Assembly (NCBI GenBank): GCA_965287045.1
Contig: OZ336878.1
Coordinates: 100,254,001 to 100,318,000 of the forward strand
Direction of reading: 5' to 3'
Origin: Carcharhinus amblyrhynchos
Lineage: Eukaryota
Length of the DNA: 64,000 bases
In this document: piece by piece, positions 21,484 to 35,454 of the stretch
How positions within the stretch are numbered: the stretch's first letter is position 1
Layout: each line of letters starts with the position of its first letter
Notes under the pieces: generated by a model
Told to the model about the DNA's origin: nothing
Databases searched by the model: none
Seen by the model: the letters and a program-made list of their open reading frames with translations, nothing else
Made by a program: the position numbers and the translations under genes

Positions 21484-24092
21484 CCTGTTCAATTCACCAA
21501 CTGTAATTGGGAGCAGGAAGGCTTGCATTCCCTCACCGGTGCTGGGTATAGCAAAGTTCCATCATGGTTGGAGAACAAAGTGGATTGTCTGAAGGAACTT
21601 CGAATCACCGCGATACATCAAGAGAAGAGAAAAGAATAGGAGGAAGATCCTCTCTGTGGACAACAAAGCAGGAGCTAAATCAAAACAAGACCTCAAGAGT
21701 TATGATGTCTTGACTATTAGCCCAATCACATGAAAATGCTATTACAGCTGAGTACAGCTGTGTGTCAGCAGACACCTGACAGTCTGAAATATTTGTTAAC
21801 CACTGCACCCGTATCGTCGACACCGAGTTAGACAAAAACATTCCATGTGGCCATTGATGCAAGCGATTTGGGTGTTGTTGCGGTTTAAAAGAAGATGAAA
21901 GAACAGAAATATATTTTGAGTATTTTCTCAGAAAGCTCAATATACATCATTGAGAAAGATGCATTGAGGGCAACTTCCCCTCCCACCAACCACGGGAATT
22001 GTAGTGGGTGGGTGGTGCGGGGATGGTTGGGGGGTTGGGGGGAGGTGGCATGGAAAGGTCTGTTGGCTTTGGGATTGGCCATTCTGTTCTAAACTGGGTA
22101 GTATGGTTTCAGTTAAAAATGTTCAGTTGAGAGTTAATGTTCAATAACACAATTAAAGTGTTGCAACTGTTGTAAGTTTAAGTTTGGGAAATAAAATATT
22201 GATTTAATGGAAATTCGCTTAAGAAAATCTGAGGTGACTCCATCCTTGGCTTGTCTCATTAAAATTAATGTTTGGAAAGGAAGTTTAAATTAAAGGCTGA
22301 ATAACAATTCTATAAAATATATATACATTTTATTACAGCTAAGCAGACAAATTTAATAGCAATATGCTCAAACTCACTTCTTTTCCAACATTTGGGGGCG
22401 AGCGAGGGCAGAAAACTCCTCCCATAAGCTCGGTGTCATTGCAACTTTTTAACATTTATGTTGCCAGCGATTGATCAGAACCGGCAGCTCAAATGTTGAG
22501 AATACAGTATAATGACAAATTTTAACTGATGGTGTGTTTTGTCTAAACAGAGTTAATGCATTTTTGTTTCATTAGGTTTCATTTGGATTTTCAGAGTTGG
22601 GTTTTGATTAGATTTAGTGACAGCCATGTAATTAATAAGAAGAGCTATGCTTGCAGGAAAGCCAGTGCTATAATTTCTTTTCTTTTAACAAAAAGGGGAT
22701 TTTAAGTCTGTAAGAGGAACAACGCTTGAATTGGAATTAGTTTACAATCTATCCTGCCATGTTTAAGTATTGTTGAAATGTTAAATGATAACTGATTCAT
22801 TTGTTATAGTTACAGTGTATTGTTAAATAAAGGTTGTTTCGATAAAAGCTTCCTCGCATCAATAGAATCAGACCTGGTGTGAAACATCTTATGCTCGCAT
22901 TAATGCCAAAATGGCAAATCCTTGGAGACTAATCTAACTTCACAATAGGGTTTCTTTTTCGTACCCTAACAGTGGCAAGAAGAGCATCATCTTTTGCAGG
23001 AAAATGACTTTGGTAGTTTTTATTTGTATTTGTGTCATTTCATTGTAGTATCCCTCTAAAGGCCTGTGAGCTGGTTTTTAACAAGTTTGTTGACTAATTC
23101 ATTTTAATGGCACGGCTAATATTAGATGCTACATTTATTTTAGGTTCCAGATGGAATCTTGCAAAAGCTGCTCTGAACTGTATTTTGCGATTTGGTGTAT
23201 TTTGAGGAAGGATGCGAGAATCAGAGAAGGATGTCCTGGTGATTTCAAATGAAATAAAATGATCGTGTATTCAATAACAAAACACACAAAGAAGTGAACA
23301 AGAAATACACTTCATTAACTTAATCATGAAACACATAATTTTAAGGTGTACTCACTCTCAAATCCTCTCTCTTCCCTGACTTCAGAGCTGTTTCTGTTGG
23401 CAAGATAGAGTCATGGTTACCATACCAGGCAGGTATAAGTTTTGGGAATTCTTCTGATGTAGGGCAGAAGAAACTGTCTGTAAAACAGGCTTTCCTACAG
23501 ACAGAGATTGATGGGAGTTCACAAAGCTTTTCCTTCTGTGGGCTGAGTTCTCCAAACAGCTAAATTGTGGAGGTCCTGATATACTTTTTCCCATTCAGAA
23601 CACCCTTTATCAGAACTAACCTCCACAGAAGTCATGACAAATTATATTCATCTCATGAGTTTACAATTTAGAATACAATTATGAAGTTCAAGCATCATCT
23701 CCTTCATTCATCCTTGAACATGTTTACTCACATCTTTGCATTGTATTCTCCATTGTTATTAAGCTCTCTGCTAAACTTGTGTTTGTAGTGTTGTTAGGCA
23801 ATCATCATGTCAAAAGCACTGGTTCCTTCAACATAGTTATCTCTACAACTTTGTAGTTTCCATTTCGAAAATATTACAGACTGACAGTCAGTGGAACACA
23901 CTTGGAACTATCAAATTGGCTTGATTTTCATACCATCATGACTTCCTGACATTAATTGATTTGCCTATTAGTTATCTTGCTTAATCACTCAATTCAAAAA
24001 ATTACGAAGAAACATTCCTCCTTTGAAGTTCATGAGTCAATTAGTATAGTTAATCTAAAGTGCACATGAAGAGATATTTTGGACATTAGTTG

Positions 24093-24098
24093 TTTATT
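24093..24098 (-). terminator. Candidate poly(A) signal of B2 (B1 equivalent at 17343-17348)
   Basis: AATAAA on minus about 180 nt after the stop, conserved in both B copies. Confidence 0.45.
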
Positions 24099-24277
24099 AA
24101 AGAGGACACACAGAAATGCAATGTTCCATTATGGAAACAACTATACTGTTGATTGAAAGAACATCACCTCATTCAATACTTTACCACCTGGCTTCAAAAT
24201 GAATTAAGGCTCCTTTTCCCCACAGCCACAACTACTCGTAGAGGGTACATTTTGATACAAAATGATTCTGGTACCAT

Positions 24278-27200
24278 TCAATTGGTTGAAGTATTGAGGA
24301 GATTCCCTCTTTTGCTTTCCTTACTCGTGAGTTGAATAATTGATGTAAACGGACATTTAATTATACTCTTGAACTGCTCCCTGAACTTGGATTGAGTCAC
24401 CCCATAGATAAATGTGTTTGTGCAGCAGTTTAATTCCACCAGCATATATCCGACTTCCTTAAAAATATATGAAGAATCATTAAAATCATCTGGATTAATA
24501 CCTCTAATTGTATAATACAAGAAGTTTAATATATATATAAGCCACAGAAGTATAAAGCTGCCAGATATGGCAAAAAGTAAAATCATAGACTTCTTTCTGC
24601 TCTCCATCTCTGGGTCACTGTGACTCTCCCCCTTATTCTGACTCTTCAGTCCTTTACGGACTCGACTGCTCACTAAAATGTATCTGACTGTCATAGCATT
24701 GAACAACAGAATTAAAATATATGGGAGAAATGGATTTGAAATCCTATCAAACCAGTCAAATGCCACCCAAGCAGGATCAGTATAATAGCTTGGATTATTA
24801 TCACAGAACCAGGGAACATCGTCAATTATCGCACCAGGTTGAAATGTAAAGTAAAAGGGAATGCATTTTAAACAGTTCAGGATACACGTTGTTGACAGAA
24901 CCACGGTTGCGGTTTTCTCAGTGCAATATTTTATTTTCAGTTTCTGACAACAAATGGTCACAAAGCGATCAAAGGAGAACATGACAGTAAACCAGGTGGA
25001 GCAGTTTGCAGCTGCGAAAAGTAGGATAACAATAACACTACACACAGGGGTGATGTCCAGAAAAGATCCTGGGAAATAACGAGAAATGATTCGATTCAGT
25101 ACCACCTGAATGAAATTGAATATTAGATCTGACAATGCCATGGCGACCAAGTAACGGGTGGTGCAGGTGGAGAGGCCACACATTCCCCGGGACAGGACCA
25201 CAGTTGTCAGTAAATTGACTGCAGGCGAGATAAAGAGAAAAAGATTAGATACATTCAACTAAACTTCATTGTGCATGAATTCGTTCAGTGAGTGCATGAT
25301 TTCACAACTCAAAAATTGATTATTGTGTGTGTGTGTGTGTGAGTGTGTGTGTGTGGGTGTGGGTGTGTGTTTACGTGGTGCTCCGGGGGTAATACTTAAG
25401 AAATTTCAAACCCATCTTCAAGCAGCCGACTGCCAGATGGAATGAGATTGTGTTGGAGAGAAGGGACAAACAGCCACTCCTTTTAGAAGAGCTGGAATTT
25501 TCATTATTTAATGATAATCGAAGTCTCTGATTTAATGAGGTTCACATTTGTTTCTCTGGCCAGATGCATTTTGCCCTGTTGGATTCCACTTTGATAATCC
25601 CAGCATTCACAATCCCTGGACACTTGGATTTGGACTCCATCAACTCTGGGGTGACATGCTGTTCAGATACTTTGGGATTGCCCCCTCCCAACCACCCACC
25701 CGCCCACCTCCTCAGCCTCCATTGCAATTGGGCACTTCATCAGCTCTTCACTGTGAGTGGATCTCTTCATGCTGTGGGGAATTATTGGATCATGCAAGGT
25801 CTGAAAATTTCAATATTAATTGCTGATGGGAGCCCCATGACTGAACCTCTGTTGGGGTTGGAATGGGTTTGGAGTGACACTGTGAGGTCTAATAGCTTTT
25901 TCACCCACTATTCAGGCAGGGTGAAAGGTTGTTCGCAATCCTTAAATCTACAAAGTAAGCTCATGTGGTCAGAGAAGACCGGGGAGGAAAAATGAAATTC
26001 ATGAACTTCTCTAATTCAACAGTAAACATTAGTGAGTACATTGCAGGAAAATCATAATAATAAATAAATATTGGTGAGGGAGGACATATTTGATAAAGTG
26101 ACAAGGATAAGGTAAAACCGCAGTCAGAGGCTCAAATATCTGTTCATAATTACATTAGAATAGGGAATAGTGGCAGTTCTGTCCTGCTCTGACCCTCTCA
26201 ATAAACAGTTACCATGTGTTTCTGTTGATGTCAAACAGAACATAACAGAGCAACACCAATATACAGAGTCATCTGGCAGGACAGAACTAAAGTGTTGTTG
26301 AAAAAGGTGAGATGAGGAAGCTTCGTGTCTTACAGACATCAGGGCATGGTCCTGACATGGATATTGATGCAAAGTATCTGAGGAGTGCCAAACACTCCAC
26401 ATGTCTCCTGTTTCAGCAATTCCAATATATTCTATTTATCAAGTATTCGGAATGATCACTCAATGGCAAAGATTTCCTCTGTTACCATTGATTTCATTTG
26501 TACAATCACAGGGACAGCTCGATGGATTCGAGAGATCATTCACCTGAAACAGCAGGTCCAAGGGAGAGACCAGTTGGTTACATTCAGATAGGTAACCCAC
26601 TCAGCACAATTCCATGCTGACAAATACTTCCAGTAACACATAAACACTGAGATCAGGAGTTCCACTCCAACTAGTGTCCCACACTGTTCAATTCTCTCAT
26701 TACACATTTCCCTGTAATACATTGTCACCAGGGTTAGTATTCCATTACAGTTGAGACCCACAACCTGAGACAGTTACTCCGGTAATACATGGTTGAGATC
26801 AGGTGATCCATATGGAGTAAAATTATTCAGTGACAGATACGACCAGCACGACATAATCACTGGGATCATATGTTCCACTTAATTTAGTGACCCACCCAAT
26901 ACATGCAATTCCTCAGTGAAAAGACACCAAAAATACATGAACATTGGGGGGTCAAGTGGTCCATTCTGTTTAAGATCGTCAGTGCAATATTACAGTGACA
27001 GTTATTCCCTGCATTTGCTTCATTTTGCTAGTTCACGGTACTCAAATCTATTGTGTTATACAAAGTGTTCCACTATGAGCAATTACTCTTTGTCTTCCTT
27101 TCAGTTGAGGTAAAATAATAAAACCAGAGTGGTAATTCGGGAGATTTGACTTAAAGTATCATCGATTTCGTGCCTGTAAACTAGTGACCACCAAATCTGC

Positions 27201-27327
27201 TTAAAACCAGAGACGAGCTCATACTGATAGATAAACACGACTTCAAAGATCATACTCACTTACCAGGGACACCGATGACAGCAAGAATCATGTAGTATAT
27301 TTTCCTGATCATCTCAAATGTTTCCAT
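24278..27327 (-). CDS. Gene B2: GPR139/GPR142-like class A GPCR, intact, 334 aa; complement(join(24278..25218,27264..27327))
   Basis: Exon 1 METFEMIRKIYYMILAVIGVP|GTAAGT; acceptor TTTATCTCGCCTGCAG|TCAAT. 64+941=1005 nt. DRF, VPWFC, SDPEMESR and NTFIY motifs present. Confidence 0.92.
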
Positions 27328-27392
27328 ACCTTCCTGTGAAGTGATCTATCTTTTGAGTCAAACTCTGAGTGATATATGCTGGGAGCCTTTCA

Positions 27393-27500
27393 TTTTAAAC
27401 CCCCGTGAATTCTCCACAGGGAGAATAAGGTTACAACATTCTACAAAATTGTTTTCATTTGTTTTTAAGTAGCAGAAAAAAAAACGATCTTGGACAGCTG
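27393..27500 (-). promoter_or_regulatory. Putative core promoter of gene B2
   Basis: On minus: CAGCTG (27495-27500), TCCCTGTGGA (27413-27422), TTTAAAA in the TATA position (27393-27399). Confidence 0.55.
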
Positions 27501-27834
27501 GGTCACGCTTTTGTTCTGGCAAAATGTATTTATTACTGAGGTCTGCTTGGAAAATCCCAAAATCCAGATAATATTGATAACATTAACTTGCGAAAGGAAA
27601 TGGACACTGCAAGTTCAATGCACATTGTACATGTTTTCAAACTCTATCAGTCATGTATCTAGAATTCATATTGTTTCACTGATTTCCTTTATTCTGGTGT
27701 GCTCATTCAGTCAAAAACATTCCACAATTTTGAGTGTGAAATTGAGTCATTGGATTTCTGAATTTAACAAATACAGTACTCAAAGACAGGACTTCAATCG
27801 AAGGCAGCAACTCCAGCCAATATTGTTTCAAATT

Positions 27835-28195
27835 AACTGAGCAGCTCAAACTGAGAAAGCAGTTCAAAGAATACAACTCCATAATCTTACATGGTCTATC
27901 AAATCAGGATAATCTTTCAATTAATGCAGTCTCTCAAACAGGGACATCTACTCAACTTCATATAGTCCCTCAAGCCAGCACAGACCCTCAATCTGATACA
28001 ATCCCTCAAACTAATTAAGATCCACAAAAAAATTAAGATCCTCAAACAACTACAGTCCCTCAAATACTGCAGTCCTTAAAACTGATAAAGGACATCAAAT
28101 GAATAAAGACCCTCAGGCCAAAATAGTCCCTCCAACTAATAGAGTCCCACAAAGTAATAAGACACTCAAACAAATACAGATCCTCAAAGGAATGT
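27835..28195 (-). repeat. Same 18-bp array upstream of B2
   Basis: Repeated ...AGTCCCTCAAA...-type units. Confidence 0.8.
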
Positions 28196-28480
28196 AGCCA
28201 TGAATCCAGTTCAATTCAGCAACTGTAATTGGGAGCAGGAAGGCTTGCATTCCCTCACCAGTGTTGGGTATCGAAAAGTTCCATCATGGCTGGAGAACAA
28301 AGTGGATTTTCTGAAGGAACTTCCTTTCACCGTGATACATCAAGAGAAAAGAAAAGAATAGGAGGAAGATCCTCTCTGTGGACAACAAAGCAGGAGCTAA
28401 ATCAAAACAAGACCTCAAGAGTTATAATGTCTCGATTGTTAGCCGAGTCACATGAAAATTATCAGAGTGATGAATATGGT

Positions 28481-29019
28481 ATGATGTGGAGATGCCGGCA
28501 TTGGACTGGGATATCCCGATTGGGGCCGTCCTCATGTGTGTGGAACCTGGCTCAGCAACTCTGCACTGTCGTGTGTTGTGAAGGCCACCTTGGAGACCAC
28601 CTACCCAAAGATCAGAGGCCAAATGTCCATGATTGCTGAAGAGTTCACTAACAGGAAGAGAGCAGTCTTGCCACTCAAGCGGTGTTCACTCATCCGTTGT
28701 CATAGCGTCTCATCTTGGGTTCATGTCACATTATTTGTAATTCCCATGACTTGCCTGGGCTTGCAAAATATCACTCACTGTCCTGTCTGGAGACAATACA
28801 CATCTCTTTAACCTGTGCTTAATGCTATCTCCACTCAGAATTTCTGCACCTTTAAGACTTGATTAGCTGTAAACACTCACATTCGGATCAGTATTCTGTA
28901 AACTGAGTGTGTGCCTTTATATGCCCTGTTTGTGATCAGAACTCCCCACTCGCCTGACAAAGGTGTTTGCTACCAACTAAACCTGTTGGACTTTAACCTG
29001 GTGTTTTTAGACTTCTTAC
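28481..29019. mobile_element. Penelope-like retroelement fragment with an internal inversion
   Basis: Minus strand 28510-28710 encodes GIY-YIG C-terminal motifs (QRMSEHR; HGHLASDLWVGGLQGGLHNTRQCRVAE). Plus strand 28710-29019 is the 3' terminal repeat. TSD-like GATGAATA(T)GGT at 28469-28480 and 29020-29030. Confidence 0.75.
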
Positions 29020-29979
29020 GATGAATAGGTTATCCAGGCGTAAGTGTGGCTGAAGGAATGGTTTGGGAAAGTTTTATCACATTTGATAAGGCACAGGCAC
29101 AAATAATGGACAGGCTGGGGCTGCACCCTTCAAGGGTCTGCACATGAATGGGACTGGGATTTGTGTCCTTGTAGAAAGGATAAATAAGGTGGTTACAAGG
29201 AGATTAACCAGTAAAGTGACAGAGAGAGCCCAGGAAATAAATATAGAACAGAGAATATTAGAACAGGGAATATGGGAGCAGTTAGTGACCCAATGACCGA
29301 GCAATCCAACTGCCTCTGATAATGCTGTGGTCATATCTACTGAAGTCCAACCACGGCAACTGGTGGAAATAAAATTCAATTCATTACTAAATCTGGAATT
29401 GAAAACTTGTCTAAGTAATGGTAAATACTGAACTATCATCAGTTATCACAAAAAACCTTTTGGTTCACTAACGTCTTTTTGGTGAGGGCGAAGAAATCTG
29501 TCATCCTTACACGATCTGTTTGTGTGTGAATCCAGATTCACAACAGTAAGATTGATAATTAACTGTCTTCTGACTGGAACACATAAATCCATTTGACGGC
29601 AATTAGAAATCGGCAATAATTGTCTAACCAGCCATGCTGCATCCTATGAACAAATATACATTTCCAATTATACAGGAAACAGTAAAGAGAAAAAGGGTTG
29701 TACAAGAAAGAACAAAAAGGATCAGAGTAAAATAAGAGTTAGAAAGTACGTTCTGAACAATACTGTTAAAAAGGAAACCATTCATAATTGACCCGGGGAG
29801 AGAATAGGAAATGTACGAATGAAACTTGACATTAGAAGGACAAGTTAGGCTTTTTGGTCCAAATATTCCTTCTTTATGAAAATCCTAGGAGAATGAGAAA
29901 AAACATTAAATACAGGCACGTGCATAAACCGGAGGGCATTTAAATCAATTATGGGATGTGCGCATTATTCACTCTGACA

Positions 29980-30860
29980 CCATACTTGCCCTTGTGAAGA
30001 TGGTGATGTTCTGCCTTCTTACCGCTGCAGTCTCTAACATCTAGGTACACCAGTAGTGCTGTTAGGGATGGAGTTCCAGGACATTTGTCCATGAAACAAC
30101 CACGATATATTTCAAAATTTTGATGTTAATTGGCTTGGAGGAGAACCTGCATTTGGTGATGTCCCAGGTATCTGTTTCTCGTGTCTTCCTGGATAGTGGT
30201 GGTCATGGGTTTGGAAGGTGCTGCCTAAGAAGGCTGGGTGAATCCCTGCAGTGCATCTTGAAGATGTTACACACAGCTAAAACTGCATATCCGTGGTGGA
30301 GAGAGTGAATATTCGTGGAAGTGATATTAATCAAACACCTGCTTTGTCTTGGATGAGGCCAAATTACTTCAGTGTCACTGAAACTGCACTCACCTTGTGA
30401 CAGTATGCCATCACACATCTGATTTGTGTCCTATAGGTGGTGGACAGGCTTTGGGGATTCCAGAGGTTGATTACTCATTGCAAGATACATAACCTCAGAC
30501 CTGCTCTTTTTGCAACAGTATTTCTATGGCTCAATCTCATCAATGGTAACTCCAGTATGTTACTAGTGGGGGATTCAGGGATGATAATACACTGAATATA
30601 AGGGCCGATGTTTAGATTAACTCTTGTTCGCAATAGTCATTGCCTAGAACTAATAACAGCCGAATCTTACTTACCAGCTGTCGGCTGAAGCCTGGATATT
30701 GTTCAGGTCTTGCTACATTTAGGCATTAATCTCTTCAGTATCTGCAGAGACCTTAATGGTGCTGAGCACTGTGCGGTCATCAGCGAATAATCCCAGTTTG
30801 ATGGAAGGAAGGTGACATCTGAAGGCAGCTGAGTGTTTTTAGGCCCAGAAATCTCCCCTG
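29980..30860 (-). mobile_element. Degenerate LINE (CR1/L2 group) RT 3' half; related segment at 45460-45730
   Basis: Reverse complement resembles the + strand relics at 2890-3545 and 52000-53030. Confidence 0.6.
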
Positions 30861-30901
30861 AGTACCCAGAGATACTGAGAAGTATACTGAGATACTGAGA
30901 A

Positions 30902-32042
30902 GAACCTGGATCTCTGGTGCTGTGAGGCAGCAGTGCTAACCACTGTGCTACCCTGCCACCCCTTCACTTCATTGCACCTCACTCTGCTGCCGGCAGTCAC
31001 AAATTGAATTCTGAAGTTGAGATTTCCCCTCTGGGTGGCAGTAATGTGGCCCTAGGTGCAGCTGCCCTCTTCGACTGTTGCAATTTGTTACATAATTCAA
31101 GTGGGGAAATTGATTCAATGTATTTTCAAACTGATTCGACAACTTCAGACAATATTGAGAATAATACAGAACCTCAAACTAAACATCACTTCGCACTGTA
31201 ACAGGCCGATTAATCATTGCCCAATAGAAGGAGAGATTGAACCATACTTTGAAACTGTTACATTCTAACTGGCTGACCTGATGGACCTGATGGTTACAGT
31301 CTGACTCTTCAGACACTGTCCACCATCTGCAAGGCACAAGTCAGGAATCTGATTGAACAATCTCCATTTGCCCGGATGAAAGTGATTCCGCCAATGCCCA
31401 AGGAGTTCTACAGAACACAAAAAGTGACCCATTCAACCTGTCCTCACCAGTGCACGGTTACACCATGGTGTGTACATGTACAAGGTGCACTGGAAGAACT
31501 TTCATCTCTCTTTCCAAACCTGCGCCTTTACCATCTGGAATGAGAAGCCAGAAACTGCATGGAAAATAATCACCTTTCATACATCTCCAAACGACACACC
31601 ATATGGATTGGGACCTATTTCACTGTTCTTATGGTCACCGCATTAGCATCCTGATACTCCCTGCCTCACAGCCAGTTAGACTGCAACAGTTTCAAAGTAT
31701 GGCTCAATCTCTCCTTCTATTGGGCAATAATTAATGGGCCTGTTACAGTGCGAAGTGATGTTTAGTTTGAGGTTCTGTATTATTCTCAATATTGTCTGAA
31801 GTTGTCGAATCAGTTTGAAAATACATTGAATCAATTTCCCCACTTGAATTATTTAACAAATTGCAACAGTCGAAGAGGGCAGCTGCACCTAGGGCCACCT
31901 TACTGCCACCCAGAGAGGAAATCTCAACTTCAGAATTCAATTTGTGACTGCCGGCAGCAGAGTGAGGTGCAATGAAGTGAAGGGGTGGCAGGGTAGCACA
32001 GTGGTTAGCACTGCTGCCTCACAGCACCAGAGATGCGGGTTC
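30902..32042. repeat. Long inverted repeat: arms 30902-31275 and 31669-32042, spacer ~390 bp
   Basis: Arms are near-perfect reverse complements (mirror ORFs 31004..31201+ and 31743..31940-). Confidence 0.93.
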
Positions 32043-35000
32043 GATTTCTGGCTTGATCCACCATATGTGTAGAGTTTGTACTTTCCCCTCGGGTCTGTAT
32101 GGGTTTCTCCCGGGTGCTCCGGTTTCCTCCCACAGTCCAAAGATGTGCGGGATAAGTTGATTGGTCGTGTAAAATGGCCACTTCGTGTCAGAGGCAATAG
32201 CAGGATAAATATGTGGGACTATGGGCTTAGGAGCCTGGTGGGATTTTGCAGACTCGATGGGCCGAATGGCCCCCTTCTGCACTGTAGGTATTCCTACTAT
32301 GATCCTCCAAGGTGATTTTGATAAAGATGAGGGTGTGCATGTGTTCGGTGTGGCGGGGTTTTAGGAAGGGGAGTACAGAGCGGATGGTTAGAACTAGGAT
32401 CATAGTCTCACAACAACAGGTATGCCGATTGTCAATGGAGTGAGGAAGAGAGTCTTCGGAAAGAAGGTGGTGACTTTTTTGTGTTCACGACCTCCAACGA
32501 GGCTGTGAAGGCTCAGTGGTTGAGTATGTTCAAAGCAGATGTCCATAGATTACTAGGCCGAAATGACATCAAGCAATCTGAGTGTAATGCAGTAAGATGG
32601 AAGATCAGCCATTATCTAGTTTACTGGTGGACCAGGTTTGATGGGCCGATTGACAGATCAGGCATGACGGGCTCATTGGCCTTTCCCTGCTCAAATCTTC
32701 CCATATATGTGACTTAGAGGTGGAACTTGAGATCTTTACATATTCAACTCTATTTCGAAATCATTGAGCTTCGAATTTTCATCAATTAGTAAATGCAATC
32801 AAAGTTGGTCTATTTTTAGGATTTCCCAAATAAGTCTCCCACAACAGTGATCGAACTCCGATGTTTTCATCTGTTTGTAACTTCATGGTCTCAGTGGAAA
32901 TCCCACATTATATCGGTTTAATGCCCTGAACTGCATCAACTCAGAATTTAATTCCCAGAGATTGTCAAACAGTGTGAAGGGACAGAGACAGGGAAGCTTC
33001 GAAACCCTTGCTCCAGTTTTCATCTGATTTGATTTATTTATGTCAAATATTTTGGGATATAAAGTGTTGTTTCTTGCACGGTGTACAGACAAAGTATACC
33101 ATTCATCGGGTGCATAGTGGCGGGAAAGGAAATATAGTCTTAGAGTAACAGCACAGTGTAGAGAAAGATTAGCTTAACATGTGGTAGGTCCATTCAAAAG
33201 TCTGATTATGGGGGTTGGTGCTGCTTAATTGACCTTTGTGTCCAAAGATGTGCAGATTAGATAGATTAGACATTCTTAATGGGGTTAAGGGAAAAGGGCA
33301 GAGGATGAGGACTAGAAGATATTCCATCAGAGAGTCTGTACAGACCCGACGGGTCGAATTGACTTCTTCTGCACTGGAGGGATTCTGTGGTTCTAATAAG
33401 TACAGCTGCTGCAAACATTGTATGCTAATCATTATAGTGCTGATTATATTTTGCAACAATGTACTGTGGTTACAAGTGTTGTATTTTATTTTCTGTACTT
33501 TGAATGTGGCAGTGGGTATCCATTCCTGTAATGGATTAATTTGACACACCAGTAATCATCTCTTTAAGACATGCAACCGACATCAATCTCCACCCTTTGA
33601 GGCATTTTCTCTCAAAACAAGTGTACATATAGGCTGTCAGAATACAGATGTCAGTCTGAGGACAATAAGCATTACCAATATTACACTGTTAATAATTAGA
33701 TGAATGGTAGTGCACTTCTTCATAAATAAGGCATTTTAATATCTGCAAAGTTATGAAAGAACTGTTGACTTCTTAAATAAAAATTCAGCTACTTAGAACA
33801 ACATTGCATTTACAGCACTGAAACTGTCAAATTGCTTTCTGTCAATATCTATGCTCCACAAGATGGGCTGAATGGCTCCGAATCACTCCTAATCTAACCT
33901 GATTAGTAGATTATAGAATATCTTCAATGCAGAGGCCCAGATTCACATGATTCATCTCATTTGCTTCCCGACTTATCCATCCCCATTTCAGGGGAATGGC
34001 TGTTCACCAATCTTTACTACTTACTGACGTCCCCAACTCTCTTGATTAGGTTTGCTCCCACCCGACAAGGACCTATTTCCACCCTATAAACCTCTCTGAC
34101 TCGATTACTCTAATTGACATATTTGAAACAGCCTCATTGCCTCTGCTGCCTGTCAGTTTAGCTGAGAGGAACTTTTTGCTTCATTTTCAGCTCTGACATT
34201 GGTGACTTGGCTCCCTTCCAATAATCAGAGAGCGAGTGGACAAGTCAGTTACCTACGATCTCTGCAGGGGTGATTGCTGCTGTTTTCCCTTCCTTCTCTG
34301 CCAAACACTTTGGCGCACTCGAACCTAGTCTGCACTGAATAGCTTTGCAGCTGAGTATCCCCGTGTCTTGTGCATGCTTATAAAGGAGAGACCCCACAAC
34401 CGGAGGCCGTAACTTGCAGGATGTGATTTGTACTGAAATGATAATCAGCTTCTATAATCTCCACAAGAGAGTACAGTTCCTAAATATATTGCTTTGTGTG
34501 TTTGGTATGACTCTTTCTGGAAAAATAATGTGGTATTCCAAATTCTTTTGTGACTGTGGGACATAAATTTCCCAGACAGCTCCTGAAACAATATTCGAAG
34601 AATTTCCATCTTCGCTCATCTTTGACATAGATGTCATTGTTGAAAAACACAAGTCTTAATTAAAAGTTTGATATGTTTATTCGTAACTTAAGGTTTTGAT
34701 CTGTATCCTGACCATCTGTGTCATGAGAGAGCCATTCATTGACCATCTCCAACAAGAGAAAACCCAGCCATCTTCTCTCGACTTCCACTGACATTACCAC
34801 AGCCTAATAGTCAGCACCAACACCTTGCCGTGAATGTGGGTGATGCAGCAGTTAACATTGACCAGAAACTAGCTGGACAAGTTAAATGAGTACTGCAGTG
34901 ACAAGCTGCTGTCAGAGGACGGGTACCATGCAATGAGTAACTCCCCATCACATAGCCTACCTACTATTTACAAGGAGCAAGCCAGGAGTGTGATGGGATT

Positions 35001-35454
35001 CTCAACACTTGCCTGACCGAATGATACTGAACCAACACTCAAGAAGATGCAAACCATCCAGGACGGCATAACGTTCACCTACCTTACATACTCACTCCCT
35101 CCACCACCAGTGCACTGTGGCTGTATTGTGTACCATACACAAGATGTAATGCAGCTACACTTCAAACCTCCTTTGACAGCACTTTCCAAATTTATGACAT
35201 CTACCACCTGGAAGGACAAAACTGTCGGTGCAGGAAACGGCACCATCTGCAGGTTCCACTCCAAGTCATACAACTTTGTGATTTGGGAACATATCACTGT
35301 GCCTTCATGGTGATTGTGTCAAAATCATGGCACTCTCCCTCCCAGACAGTAGTGTGGGGGGACATCGAAACCCGATGCAGCATTTCAAGAAAACCAACGT
35401 CTCCCCCATTACATGAAACAATTAAAAGAGGCAATAATTTGGGTCACAATGTTA

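Larger units (their letters stand above)
15638..28459. repeat. Direct tandem duplication of the B unit (15638-21738 and 21750-28459)
   Basis: CAGCTGTGTGTCAGCAGACA starts both units and GTCACATGAAAAT-like sequence ends both. The second unit has ~615 bp extra (22705-23320). Confidence 0.93.
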
